NCBI RefSeq assembly: GCF_963921235.1
Contig: NC_086108.1
Location: forward strand, 15,748,001 to 15,812,000
Reading direction: 5' to 3'
Source of the DNA: Mobula hypostoma
Lineage: Eukaryota
DNA length: 64,000 bases
Below the pieces are notes generated by a model. The model searched no databases, was not told the DNA's origin, and saw only the letters and a program-made list of their open reading frames with translations. The translations under genes were made by a program, and so were the position numbers. Shown here in pieces: positions 37,105 to 50,784 of this stretch (positions are counted from its first letter, which is position 1; the number at the start of each line of letters is the position of its first letter).

Positions 37105-39780
37105 GTGAAAGTTCTTGTTTTGCAGCAGCAGTATAGTGTAAAACCATAAGATTATTATAAATTACAATATAATAAATAGTGCATTAAGAGGAATAACAAG
37201 GTCATATTCATAGGTCCAGGGACTGTTCAAAAATCGGATGGCAGAGGAGGGCATGTCCTAAATGGTGAGGGGACTTAGTGATGCATGCCATCTTCTTGAT
37301 GCACCACCTCTTGAAGGTGTCCTCAGTAGTGAAGAAGGTTGTGCCTATGGTGTTCCTGGCTGAGTCTACAACCATCTGCAGCCTCTTGGGATCCTGAGCA
37401 ATGGAGCCTCCATACCAGGCTGTGATGTAACCAGGCAGAATATTCTGCACTATACATTATAGAAATCTGCAAGAGTCTTTCTGAAAAATTTGCTCACACT
37501 CCTAATGAGCTGACCTTCTTTATGATTACACCAGTGTGCTGGGTTCAGTATAGATCCACCAGGATGTTGACACCAGGAACATAAAGCTGCTCACCCTTTC
37601 CACCACTGATCCCTCAAGGACTGGTGGTGCGTTCTACCAACCTCCCTTTTCTGAAGTCCACAGTCAATTCCTTGGTGTTGCTGATATTGAGTGCGGGGTT
37701 GTTATTGGGACAACACTCAATCAGCCGATCTATGTCACTCCTGCACGCCCCTTTGTTGCTATCTAAGATTCTGCCAGCAACAGTTGTATCATCTGCAAAT
37801 TTATAAATGGCATTTGAGCTGAGGCTAGTAACACACTCATAAGTGTAGAGAGAGTAGAACAGTGGACAAACGTGCATCCTTAAGGTGTGCCTGCATTGAT
37901 TGTCAGTGAGGAGGAGATGTTATTACTGATCAGTGCTGACTGTGGTCTATGGATTAGGAAGTCAAGGATCCAGTTGTAGAGAGGCCCAAGTTTGGAAGAT
38001 TGGTGGTTAATACTGAGAGGGTGATGGCATGCAACACTAAGCTATAATAAACAGCAGCTTTATGTATATTTTGCTATTGTTCAGGTGCCCAGAGACTCAT
38101 TCCACCGAGATGCAACACAGAGCGTCATAGGAAGTCATCAAACTTTACAACTCCTCCCTTGGAGAGTCAGACACCCTGAGCTAATAGGCTGGTCCTGGAC
38201 TTATTTCCTGGCATAATTTACATATTACTATTTAACTATTTATGGTTTTATTACTATTTATTATTTATGGTGCAACTGTAACGAAAATCAATAAAGTATG
38301 ACTATGACAATAGCTGAATAGAAAGCCGGTGAGACTGTGTCCGCTAAAGACCTGTTGTGGCAGTTAGCAAGTTGCAGCGGGTCCAGGCATTTGCTCAGAC
38401 AGGAGTTAAATCCAGCCATGATGAACTTCTCAATGCAATTCATTGCAGTAGATTTGGGTGCTTGTCATTGAGGCAGCTCACCCTGCTCTTTTTGGACACT
38501 GATATGTTTGTAGCCATTTTGAGGCAGGTGGAATCAGTCCTGTCAATGCTCCTCCATCTTCCTTGACAAGACTTTATCTGTCCTCACCATTCGTGCTGTA
38601 GTCCTCAGTCTCTGCATATATGGTGGAAGTAGACATGCAGTCAAGGACTTGCCAAAGTGCAGGTGTGACAGTAAGTGATCCTGATGGTGGTGTAACAGTG
38701 ATTGGGTGTATTGACTCTTCTGGTGAAATATTGTTAGTAGTAAGGCAGCTTCCCTCAGTCACAGGACTCTGCAGAGAGTGGTGTGGACAGCCCAATGTAT
38801 CTGTAGAGGTGAACTTCCCACTATTCAGGACATTTACAAGGACAGGTGTATAAAAAGGATCATTGGGAACCCGAGTCACCCCAACAACAAATTGTTCCAG
38901 CTGCTACCATCTGGGAAATGGTACCGCAGCGTAAAAGCCAGAACCAACAGGCTCTGGAACAGCTTCTTCACCAGGCCATCAGACTGATTATTTCGTACTG
39001 ATACAATTGTATTTCTATGTCATATTGACTGTCCTGTTGTAGATACTATTATTATAAATTACTATAAATTGCACATTGCACATTTAGATGGAGACATAAC
39101 AAAGAATTTTACTCCTCATGTGTGAAGGATGTAAGTAATAAAGTCAATTCAATAGTTGTCATCCCCATGATAATTTGGAAGGTGTCAGGGTACATTGCCG
39201 TATGTCTGCTGTTCATGGTGCTCAGCTCCTCCAGTCCAGCCTGATGTTTGCTAATGGTGGAATGTACACTGCAACCAGGATAATGACAGAAAACTCCCTT
39301 GGTGGATAGAAAGTTGGAGACTTGATCGCTGGATGTTCTGAGTCAGGGGAGGAGGACTGAAACAAAACATTACATCTGTGCAATGTAATGAGTTCATCAT
39401 GAAGCAAATGCCACTGCCTCTACTTTTACTTGATGCTACCATCCAGACCATGTGGTTGACAGTGAAGACCCTCAGGCTGGAGTGCTGGAGTTGAGTCACC
39501 CCTCTGTAAAGCAGAATGCACAGCAATCCCTGATGTCTCTCTGGTATTAGTGACTTGCTCAAGTCATGGGGTCTTCAACTTTATTTTTCTTGAGAATATA
39601 CACTTGTTAGGAGGATGTAGGGGTGGGGAGGTGACCTTAAGGACCTGTATTTCAGTTTTACTTGTGGGGTCCTGTCCAGCAGCCTTGTTTTCTGAGACAA
39701 TGGTGATGCTCCCTAAGCTTCCAACTGCTGCACTTGGACTGGAGTTCTGAGTCCTAATAATCATTAGTTCTTTTAAATAG
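37105..39780 (-). mobile_element. Decayed Rex/Babar-like LINE with two plus-strand LINE 3' ends nested (~38093-38310, ~38760-39153)
   Basis: PLFYSLYTYECV...YKFADDTTVAGRI, LNISNTKELTVDFRK, ILPGYITAWYG, FYPPREFSVIILVAVYIPP; nested ends aataaagtatgactatgac and aataaagtcaattcaa. Confidence 0.8.
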
Positions 39781-41025
39781 CTTTAAATTCTAACAGATTG
39801 TAACGGATGATAAGTAGTAGCCAATGATCAGTTTGAGTGATCAGTTTGGTATTCTGGTAACAACAGGAAAGTAAGGTCAAAATTGTACATTCACAGAGCA
39901 ACAATTATGTTAAAAGACACAGTTCAGAGCAGAAGGTGAGACTTGATATGCCTAAAGCTTGCTTGGGCAAGCGCTACATTGGAGTTAACAGTGCCTGGGA
40001 GTGGATATAAAGTACAGCTTACAATGAAGAGTTCAATGAACAAAGCAACCAAAGGATTCATTGAATTTCTAGTTAGTTAAAGTTTACATCTGATATTAAT
40101 GTAAATAGTTAACCAACTGCATGGCTTTATGCAGGTATGTTGATGATTGTGTATAAGGGATTAATATTTTTTAAAGATGTTAAATGTACCTATTGAACAA
40201 TGTATTATAGGTATACCTTTAAAAAATGTACCGTGTGGTATGACCTTTGATACATTTTTGTACAAATATTACCATTAGTTGAGAGCGGTTGCCTTCAATA
40301 AAGGATATTCATTGAACATTTCTACTTCTCTAACTTGCCTTGTCATGCAGCAACATTTTTAAAAGAACTGCCATGGAAGAAGACTAGAGAAACCTTGGAT
40401 TTTATAACCTTGGACATATGACTCACAGACTACCACAATATCCTAAGTTCCCTCACAGCTAATGAATGACCTATTAGTACTAAACATGGCTCAGTAATCT
40501 GTCAATGGTTAATCTGTTTTGCTGGACTCAGCTAGGAATGAATGTTACAAAATCTAAAAGATCTCCTCCTCAGCAATAAGCTGCTGATCAATCTTTGCTT
40601 TGTTGAGCAGTTTGTTTTCAAGCTTGTTTAATGGTTCAACATACCACAGCTAGCCTAAAAGATAAAACAATATCGCGCTGTGGTTATGCTGCTGGACAAA
40701 GGCAATTTAGAGTGGTCAATAGATATTATCAAGAATAGATAAGAAGTACTGTCAGTCTGAAATATTTGAAGGAGTATTTAGCAGTGATATCAGAAAGCAA
40801 ATGATGCTGTTGAAGAGGATATCAACAAGTTTTATGAAGATCTCAACAGTGCTTATGACCAATGTAAATCTCAGGATATAAAACTAGTCATGGGAGATTT
40901 TAACACCAAAGTTGGACAGGAAAGGGTTGATCGCCTAATAGGACCCTTTGAATTAGGAGAGAGAAAATGAAAATGGAGAAAGGTTTACTGATTGGTGTGT
41001 CAGAAACAACCAAGTGATCACCAAT

Positions 41026-42780
41026 TATGTGAAGAACCAAAGGATGAAAGAAGCGAAGGTAGGACCAATTAGAGATAAAGGTGGGAAGATGTGCTTGGAG
41101 GCTGTGGAAGTGAGCGAGGTCTTCAATGAATACTTCTCTTTGGTATTCACCAATGAGAGGGAACTTGATGACGGTGAGGACAATATGAGTGAGGTTGATA
41201 TTCTGGAACATGTTGATATTAAGGGAGAGGAGGTGTTGGAGTTGTTAAAATACATTAGGACGGATAAGTCCCCGGGGCCTGACGGAATATTCCCCAGGCT
41301 GATCCACGAGGCGAGGGAAGAGATTGCTGAGCCTCTGGCAAGGATCTTTATGTTCTTTGATGTTCATGGGAATGGTACCGGAGGATTGGAGGGAGGCGAA
41401 TGTTGTTGCATTGTTCAAAAAAGGTAATAGGGATAGTCCGGGTAATTATAGACCAGTGAGCCTTACGTCTGTGGTGGGAAAGCTGTTGGAAAAGATTCTT
41501 AGAGATAGGATCTATGAGCATTTAGAGAATCATGGTCTGATCAGGGACAGTCAGCATGGCTTTGTGAAGGGCAGATTGTGTCTAACAAGCCTGATAGAGT
41601 TCTTTGAGGAGGTGACCAGGCATATAGATGAGGGTGGTGTAGTGGATGTGATCTACATGGATTTTAGTAAGGCATTTGACAAGGTTCCACACGGTAGGCT
41701 TATTCAGAAAATCGGAAGGCATGGGATCCAGGGAAGTTTGGCCAGGTGGATTCAGAAATTGGCTTGCCTGCAAAAGGCAGAGGGTTGTGGTGGAGGGAGT
41801 ACATTCAGATTGGAGGGTCGTGACTAGTGGTGTCCCACAAGGATCTGTTCTGGGGCCCCTACTTTTCGTGATTTTTATTGACGACCTGGATGTAGGGGTA
41901 GAAGGGTGGGTTGGCAAGTTTGCAGACGACAGAAAGGTTGGTGGTGTGTGGATAGTGTAGAGGATTGTCGAAGATTGCTGAGAGACATTGATAAGATGCA
42001 GAAGTGGGCTGAGAAGTGGCAGATGGAGTTCAACCCAGAGAAGTGTGAGGTGATACACTTTGGAAGGACAAACTTCAAGGCAGAGTACAAAGTAAATGGC
42101 AGGATACTTGGTAGTGTGGAGGAGCAGAGGGATCTGGGGGTACATGTCCACAGATCCCTGAAAGTTGCCTCACAGGTAGATAGGGTAGTTAAGAAAGCTT
42201 ATGGGGTGTTAGCTTTCATAAGTCGAGGGATAGAGTTTAAGAGTCGCGATGTAATGATGCAGCTCTATAAAACTCTGGTTAGGGCACACTTGGAGTACTG
42301 TGTCCAGTTCTGGTCGCCTCACTATAGGAAGGATGTGGAAGCATTGGAAAGGGTACAGAGGAGACCTGGTTTAGAGAGTATGGATTATGATCAGAGATTA
42401 AGGGAGCTCGGGCTTTACTCTTTGGAGAGAAGGATGATGAGAGGAGACATGATAGAGGTATACAAGATATTAAGAGGAATAGATAGAGTGGATAGCCAGC
42501 ACCTCTTCCCCAGGGCACCACTGCTCAATACAAGAGGACGTGGCTTTAAGGTAAGGGGTGGGAAGTTCAAGGGGGATATTAGGGGAAGGTTTTTTACTCA
42601 GAGTGGTTGATGCCTGAGTCAGTGGCGGAGGCAGATACATTAGTGAAACTTAAGAGACTACTAGACAGGTATATGGAGGAATTTAAGGTGGGGGGTTATA
42701 TGGGAGGCAGGGTTTGAAGGTCAGCACAACATTGTGGGCTGAAGGGCCTGTACTGTGCTGTACTATTCTATGTTCTATGT
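41026..42780 (+). mobile_element. 5'-truncated CR1, same subfamily as 30015-33198
   Basis: Near-identical to 31507-33198; ttctatgttctatgt tail. Confidence 0.95.
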
Positions 42781-45700
42781 AATACTTGATATAAAAACCA
42801 TCCATGTAGATTGTGTACTTGGATTGGCCCTGGAGATAGAACAAGGAATCAAATAGATTTCATTACCATCAATGAACGCTTTGGAAATAATATCACGAAT
42901 TCTAAAGCTTACCCAGGAGCAGACTGTGGTTCAGATCACCATCCAGTAATAGCTACCATTAAAGCAAAATTAAAGAAACTGAAACGTGGAAAAAAGAGAA
43001 AGAAATATATGTTCGACACTAGACACTAGAATACTACAGCATAGTACAGGCCCTTTGGCCCGCAATGTTGTGCCAACCCATATATTCCTTAAAAAAAAGT
43101 ACAAACCCACACTACCCCGTAACCCTCTATTTTTCTTTCATCCATGTGCCTGTCCAAGAGACTCTTAAATACCCCTAATGTTTTAGTCTCCACAACCATC
43201 CTTGGCAAGTCATTCCAGGCACGTACAACTGTCTGTGTAAAAAAACTTACCCCTTACCCCTGATGTCTCCCCTAAACATCCCTCCCTTAACTTTGTACAT
43301 ATGCCCTCTGCTGTTTTCTATTCGTGCCCTGGGAAACAGGTACTGGCTATCCATCCTATCTATGCCTCTCATAATCTTGTAGACCTCTATCAAGTCCCCT
43401 CTCATCCTTCTACGCTCCAAAGAGAAAAGTCCCAGCTCTGCTAACCTTGCCTCATAAGACTTATTTTCCAATGCAGGCAACATCCTGATAAATTTCCACT
43501 GTACCCTCTCCATAGCTTCCACATCCTTCCTATAATGAGGTGACCAGAACTGAACACAATACTCGAAGTGTGGTCTCCCCAGAGATTTGTAGAGTTGCAA
43601 CATGACCTCTCTACTCTTGAACTCAGTCCCCCTATTAATGAAGCCTAGCATCCATAGGCCTTCTTAACTATCCTATCAGCCTGTGCAGTGACCTTGAGGG
43701 ATGTATGGATTTGAACCTCAAGGTCCCTCTGTTCATCCACACCCTTAAGTAACCAACCATTAACCCTGTACTCAGCCTTCTGGTTTGTCCTTCCAAAATG
43801 CATCACCTTACACTTATCCAGATTGAACTCCATCTGCCACTTTTCTGCCCAACTCTGCATCCTGTCTATATCCTCTTGTAACCTTCGACAACCTACAGCT
43901 CCATCCACAACTCCTCCAATCTTCGTGTCATCTGCAAACTTACTCACCCATCCTTCCACCTCTTCATCCACGTCATTCATAAAAATCACAAAGAGCAGGG
44001 ATCCCAGAACAGATCCTTGTCGCACTTCACTAGTCACTGACCTCCAGGCAGAATACTTTCCTTCCACTACTACCCTCTGCTTTCTTCCTGTAAGCCAATT
44101 TTTTATCCAAACAGCCAAGGTTCCACTGATACCATGTCTCATGACTTTCTGGATGAGTCTCTCATGGGGGACCTTGTCAAGTGCCTTGCTAAAATCCATG
44201 TAGAGCACATCTACCGCCCTACCCTCATCAATTTCTTTTGTTACCTCTTCAAAAAACTCAATTAGGCTCGTGAGGCCCAACCTACCCTTCATAAAGCCAT
44301 GTTGACTATCCTTGAGTAGACTGTACTTGCAGACCACTGACGTAAGACTCACCAGCCTAAAGTTCCCAGGATTCTCGCTATTACCTTTTTTAAACAAGGG
44401 AACTACATTTGCCATTTTCCAGTCCTCCGGCACCTCCCCTGCAACCAAAGAGGATTCAAAGATCATAGCTGCTGCTCCAGTGATCTCTCATTTCCCACAG
44501 CAACCTGGGGTATATCACGTCTGGCCTTGGGGACTGATCAATCTTGATGTTTTTAAGAAGATCCAACACTTCTTCTTCCTTAATCTCCACATTGTCCAGC
44601 ACACAGACCAGTTCTGTTTCGACCTCACCCTGATCAAGGTCTTTTTCACTTGTGAATACTGAAGCAAAGTATTAATTTAGGACCTCCTCAACCTCCTCCG
44701 CCTCCAGGCCATGTTGCCTTCTTTATCCTTTAGCGGCCCCACCTTCATTCTTGTCATCCTTCTGTTCTTCACATACGCATAGAACACCTTGGGGTTTTCC
44801 TTAATCCTACATGCCAAGGCCTTCTCATGTCCCCTTCGAGCTCTCCTAAGTCCTTTCGTAAGCTCCTTCCTGGCTACCCTATATTTCTCATGAGCCCCTC
44901 CTGCTCCCTGCTTCTTAAATCTAACATATGCTTCCTTCTTCCTCTTGGCGAGATGCCTCACATGTTTTGTCAGCCACAGTTCTCTTTTCCTACCATTTTT
45001 CCTTGTCTCAGTGGGACAAACCTATCCTAAACCCAGCACAAGTGGTCCCTAAACTTCCTCCACATTACTTCTTTGCTTTCACCCTTGAACATCTGTTTCC
45101 AATTTACTGTCACTAGTTCCTGCCTCATCCCTTCATAGTTAGCCCTTCCCCAGTTAAGCACTTTCCCATTTTTTCTGTTTTTATCCTTTTCCATAGCTAT
45201 GCTGAAGCTAAGGGAGTTGTGGTCATTCTCACCAAAATGCTCCCCCACCAAGAGGTCTGCCACCTGACCAGGTTCATTACCCAGAACTAGATCCAGTATG
45301 GCCTCTCCTCTCATCGGCCAGTCCACATCAGGAATCCTTCTTGAACACACCTGACAAATTCAGCCCCATCTATCCCCCTTGAAGTCAGGAGGTGCCAGTC
45401 ATTATGAGGGAAGTTGAAATCACCCATAACTACAACCCTGTATTTCCTGCACCATTCTAAAATCTGCCTGCTTATCTGCTCCTCGGTGTCCCGAGGGCTA
45501 TTTGGGGGCCTATAGACTACTCCCAGCACAGTGATTGATCCTTTCCTATATCTGACTTCCACCCACACCGACTCAGTGGACACTCCCTCTGCAGCTTCCT
45601 CCCTTTCTATAGGCGTGATACTATCCCTGACCAGTAATGCTACTCCCCCCGCCTTTTCTACCTCTCATTCTATTCCTTTTAAAACACCTAAACCCCGGTA

Positions 45701-46926
45701 CCTGCATCAGCCAATCCTGCCCTTCCTCCAGCCAAGTTTCAGTGACGGCCATAATATCATAGTTCCACGTACTGATCCATGCTCTAAGTGCATCCCCTTT
45801 ATTCCTAATACTCCTAGCATTGAAATAGACACATTTCAACCACTCTAACTGGCTACATTTATGTTTCGTCCCCTACCTGTCCTTTGTCACCAACTCAGAA
45901 CACATAGCATCATGCCCTTGTCCTTCTACCCTAATCTCTGCACTCAAATTCTGATTCCCACCCCCCTGCCAAACTACAAACGTAGTTTAAACCCTCCCTA
46001 AAGGCTCTAGCAAACCTGCCCGCCAGGATATTGGACCCTTTCCAGTTGATGTGCAGCCCATCCTTTTTGTACAGGTCAGACCTTCCCCAGAAGAGATCCC
46101 AATGATCCAGAAATCTGAACCCCTGCCCCCTGCATCAACTCTTCAGCCACGCATTCATCTGCCATAACTTCCTGTTCCTACCCTCTCTGTCTCATGGCAC
46201 AGGCAGCACTCCCGAGATTACCACCCTTGACGTCCTGCTTTTTAACTTCTTTCCTAACTCCCTATATTCCTTCTTCAGGGCCTCATCCTTACTCCTATCT
46301 ATGTCATTGGTCCCCACGTGGACTGCGACATCTGGCTGCTCTCCCTCTCTCCTGAGAATACTGAGAACTCGATCCGAGATATCGTGGGCCCTGGCACCAG
46401 GGAGGCAACAGACCATCCGGGATTCTCAATCTCTCCAACAGAACCTCTTATCTGTCCCCCTAACTATCGAATCCCCTATCATTATGCTCTCCTTTTTTTC
46501 CTCCTTCCTTTCTGAGCTGAGGGTCCAGTCTCGGTGCCAGAGACGCGACCACTACAACTAGTCACTGGTAGGTGATCCCCACCAACAGTATCCAAAACTG
46601 TGTACTTATTATTGATGGGAACGGCCACAGGGGTGCTCTGCTCTTTCTGTCTATTACCCTACCCTCTCCTGACAGTCACCCAGTTACCTGTCTCCTGACT
46701 TTTAGGGGTGACTGTCTCCCTGAAACTCTGATCTATTACTGCCTCTGCCTCCCAAATGATCCAAAGTTCATCCAGCTCCAGCTCCCTAACTCGGTTTAAC
46801 AGGAACTGCAGCTGGATGCACCTTTTGCAGGTGTAGTCATCAGAGGCAATTGTGCTGTCCCTGACTTCCCACATTTTACAGTCGGAGCACTGGACTTCCC
46901 CATCTGCTGCCTCCATTACCAACTCC

Positions 46927-49900
46927 TTTCTTTCTTTCTCAACCTTTTTTACGTTTTGAATTGATAAACATCACAATGATAATGATACAAAGGGATCGGG
47001 ATTACATTAATAACGGTTAACATATGCAGATACAGACTCCAAGTAACATATGTAATTTAAGCCTCCCAATCTCTTAATAACTGAACATGAAAAAGATTCA
47101 AAAAATTTTATACAAAGAAAAAGTCCCCCTACACTAAAAAAAAACAAAAAAAAACAAAACAAAACAAAGGCTGGGCTGCCATGTTTCATCGGTTAAAATC
47201 ATTATCTGTCATTAACTCCACTCCTCTGCACAAACAAAAAGTTATTGAAAAGGATTCGGAAAAGGTCAGCTTACATCATATGAAAATATTGAATAAATGG
47301 CCTCCAAGTTTCTTCAAATTTAATCGAAGGATTGATAGTACCACTCCTAATTTTTTCCAAGTTTAAACATGTTATAGTTTGGGAAAACCATTGAAATGTA
47401 GTAGGGGGATTAGAATCTTTGTATTTAAATAAAATGGATCTTCTGACTATTAATGTAACAAATGCAATCAAACGGCAAGCTGAAGGGGATAAATGATCCG
47501 AGTCTATCACTGGTAATCCAAAAATTGCAGTAGTAGGATGAGGTTGTAAATCAATATGCAAAACTACTGAAATAATATCAAAAATGTCTTTCCAATATTT
47601 TTCCAAAAGAGGGCAAGACCAGAACATATGTGTCAAGGAAGCTACCTCAGAATTACAGTACATCTGTCACAGACAGGATTTGTATGGCAATAAAAACGAG
47701 CTAACTTATCCTTAGACCTATGGGCCCTATGAGCCACCTTAAACTGTATCAAAGCAAATCTAGCACACATTGAAGAAGTGTTAACTAGTTGGAGAATTTT
47801 CTCCCATTTCTCTATAGGTAAAGATATCTGAAGTTCTCTTTCCCATTCATTCTTAATTTTATCAGATGTACCTAGACATATATTTGTAATTAACTCATAA
47901 ATAATTGCTATTAAACTCTTCTGATGGGGGTTTAAACCTAAAATTTTTTCTGTAATTTCAGTTTGATGTGATGTCGGAAAAGTAGGTAAAATAACATTCA
48001 AAAGGTTTCTAATCTGTAAATATCTGAAAAAAAATGTGATCTGGGCAAATTATATTTGTTAGACAACTGTTCAAAAGACGAGACAATTATTCATGAATAA
48101 ATTACAAAAACATGTTATTCCCTTCGTTTTTCCATTAAAGAAAAGCTTGATCAGTTCTAGACAGTTGGAAGAAAAAATGGATATAATAGGACTTGATAGG
48201 ATAAATTTATTCAATCCAAAAAATTTAGGAAATTGAAACCATATTCATATTGTATGTTTAGTTATTGGATTAATCGTTTGTTTATTCAGTTTAGTAAGTG
48301 CAAAGGGAAGCGAAGCCCCTAAGATAGAAGCCAATGAGAACACCTGTACAGACTCACACTCAAGGTTCACCCATCGTGGACATTGAATTTCATCCAAATC
48401 TTGTGTCCAGGATGTTAGATATCGAATATTAATTGCCCAATAATAGAATCTAAAGTTCGGCAATGCCAAACCGCCATCCTTTTTTGATTTCTGTAAATAT
48501 TTCTTACTTAACCTAGGATTTTTATTCTGCCATATATATGAAGAAATTTTAGAATCAATAATATCAAAAAAGGATTTAGAGATGAAGATTGGTACCGCCT
48601 GAATTAGATACAGAAATTTAGGTAAAATAATCATCTTAATAGCATTAATTTGACCAATCAATGATAAGGACAATGGGGACCATTTAGTAAGCAGTTGTTT
48701 AACATGATCAATTAAGGGTAAAAAGTTAACTTTATCCTTATGCTTCTTAGTAATTTAGTAATTTTAACACCCAATCATTAATATTTCAGGAAAAAAAAAT
48801 CAATCACCAAATCAGATTCTTAATTATTTTCAAAAACGAACAATTGAAAATAATAAAATAAAATAACAAAGGGAAAAAAAGGAACTTTAACATAAAAGCA
48901 TGATCAACACCCATACTCCAAAACAAAGTACGAGTATTATCAAACTAAGGGCAAAATTCTTCAAACCTTAGAAGTCCAGATCTATGAAATGAGTACAGAC
49001 ATGAAAAAACAGTAAATTGACAGCTGAGATTGAACGTTGATCCTCAAGGAATTGATGAGCTTCGTCCACGGATTTAAACTATTTACGTGATTTATCAGGC
49101 AGGACAACCCTTAGGTGAGCTGGAAATAGCAGAGCTACTTAGAACTTTCTTTGCTAGAGCTCAGACATCACCAGTTTAAAAAGCGATCTTTCTCGCATTA
49201 CCTCAGGACGAAACTTGAGGTCTCCATGTTCAATAACTCCTTTCCGATGGGCAATACGGATTAAATGCTCCTTGCTATGCACATAGTGGAATCGGAGTGT
49301 AACAGGTCGAGGCTTCCACTATTTAGGAGGTTTTGCTCTTAAAGCCCGGTGAACACGATCAAGTATAAGGGGAGTAGAAAAAACTTCAGAGCTGAACACG
49401 TCCATTAAAAATTGAGAAAAGAATTTAGTAAAGTCACCAATCTCAATGTCTTCACAGAGTCCTATTATTCGCAAATTCTGTCTACAACTGCGACTTTCCA
49501 GGTCAATAATCTTGACTTTATGCTGTTCCGGTGTTTGAGTGGTCAAAGTTAATTTCTTTTCCAACAGATTCAGTCGACGATCTCTCTGTCTACCAGCTTC
49601 ATCGAGTTCAGAAATTTGCCGCTGTTGTTTTTCACTCTCCCGCTTAAGTGCTCCCAGTCTACCTTCAATCTCCTTTAACAGTACTTCCAAAGTAGAAAAT
49701 CTTCTATCGAATTTATCATTCAGGAGCTTCTACATAGCCTCCAAAGTGAGTTGAAGCTGTTTAGGATCACCTTCTCTCCTTCCATTTCCATTACCGGCTT
49801 CCTTGTCTTCGGCTGATGCCTTTTTCCCTCTGGTATCCATTTCCAGCAATTAAAAATCAAAGTTCAAGCATATAAAAGTGTTATAAACACTTTAATATAG

Positions 49901-49988
49901 ATAGTAAAAGGGTGGTAAAAAGATTGAAAAATGAACGGAGCAAAGCCAAAATGCAGCTTACTCCATCTAGTGCCCCAAGAGAACTCTC
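46927..49988 (-). mobile_element. Internally deleted L1-clade LINE (5' UTR + ORF1 + C-terminal ORF2 + 3' UTR)
   Basis: ORF1 DLESRSCRQNLRIIGL..DRVHR; ORF2 LSLIGQINAIKMIILPKFLYL, GGLALPNF, CDRC..HMFWSC; 14-bp TSD CCATTACCAACTCC 46913-46926/49989-50002. Confidence 0.93.
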
Positions 49989-50085
49989 CCATTACCAACT
50001 CCGAAGTTAATTAAATTAATTAAAGAAACTTACCTGGCCTTACCTGACTGGGAGTAAGCTTGTCCTCAGCCTCTGGTCGCTGAAG

Positions 50086-50332
50086 CCTCTCGAGCCAAAG
50101 CCTCAAAGCTCCACCCCTTCACTGGCTCACTCACTCACTGGCCGCCCTGCTTGAGCTACCCCTCTTTTTATTTGTTCGAGCTTTTCAATTTTCGATTGCC
50201 CAATCAACTGCTTTCTGCTGAGTCTGAGCTATTCAAATCTTGATTGACTTGATTACACAATCCAACTTCCAAAACCTCTCGAGCCAAAGCCTCAAAGCTC
50301 CACTCCTTCACTGGCCCACTCACTCACTGGCC
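50086..50332. repeat. ~58-bp direct repeat in CR1 5' UTR (50086-50143, 50275-50332)
   Basis: cctctcgagccaaagcctcaaagctccac.ccttcactggc.cactcactcactggcc twice. Confidence 0.9.
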
Positions 50333-50469
50333 ACTCTGCACTGGCAGAGAACTTGGGAGAACTTAAAAAAGATAGCATACTTAAGCAATAATTCAAGACA
50401 GCTGTAGAAGAACACCTCAACGAAAACGTAACAATACCTATTTGGGACAGATTTAAATATGCTATACAG

Positions 50470-50784
50470 CAGTGGTCCCCAACCTCCGGGCCGCGAAGAA
50501 TGCAGCGGTGCAGCGGTAGCCGGAATGCACCCAGCACATCTTTAAGAAAAAAAGCCAAAATAAACTAGCTAATTGATTAAGTGCTGCCCGGCACGTAAAT
50601 GTCAGCCCAGATTAGAGGCGATTGCCGATTGCATCGCCTCTGATCTGGGCGGACATTTATGTGCTGGGCGGCACCTAATTAATTAGCTTGTTTATTTCAG
50701 CTTTTTTCTTAAAGATGTGCTGGGTGCACTCTGGTTACCGCTGCACCCCTGCATTCTTTGCGGCCCGGAGGTTGGGGACCACTG
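50470..50784. mobile_element. Palindromic hAT (Charlie-like) MITE, 315 bp
   Basis: TIR CAGTGGTCCCCAACCTCCGGGCCGC; arms complementary almost to the centre; 8-bp TSD CTATACAG/CTATACAA. Confidence 0.93.

Larger units (their letters stand above)
43015..50345 (-). mobile_element. Apparently full-length CR1 (5' UTR 49989-50345; ORF1 Zn-finger/zipper + esterase; ORF2) split by an L1
   Basis: VQCSDCKMWE..YTCKRCIQLQ, CLPGA...VHVGTND, CVYFNARSIRNK, RT motifs; (TAGTGTC)n tail. Confidence 0.93.

Noticed and set aside
41023..42783. AAT as TSD of the 41-kb CR1
   Set aside because: Only 3 bp and overlaps CR1 sequence; indistinguishable from microhomology
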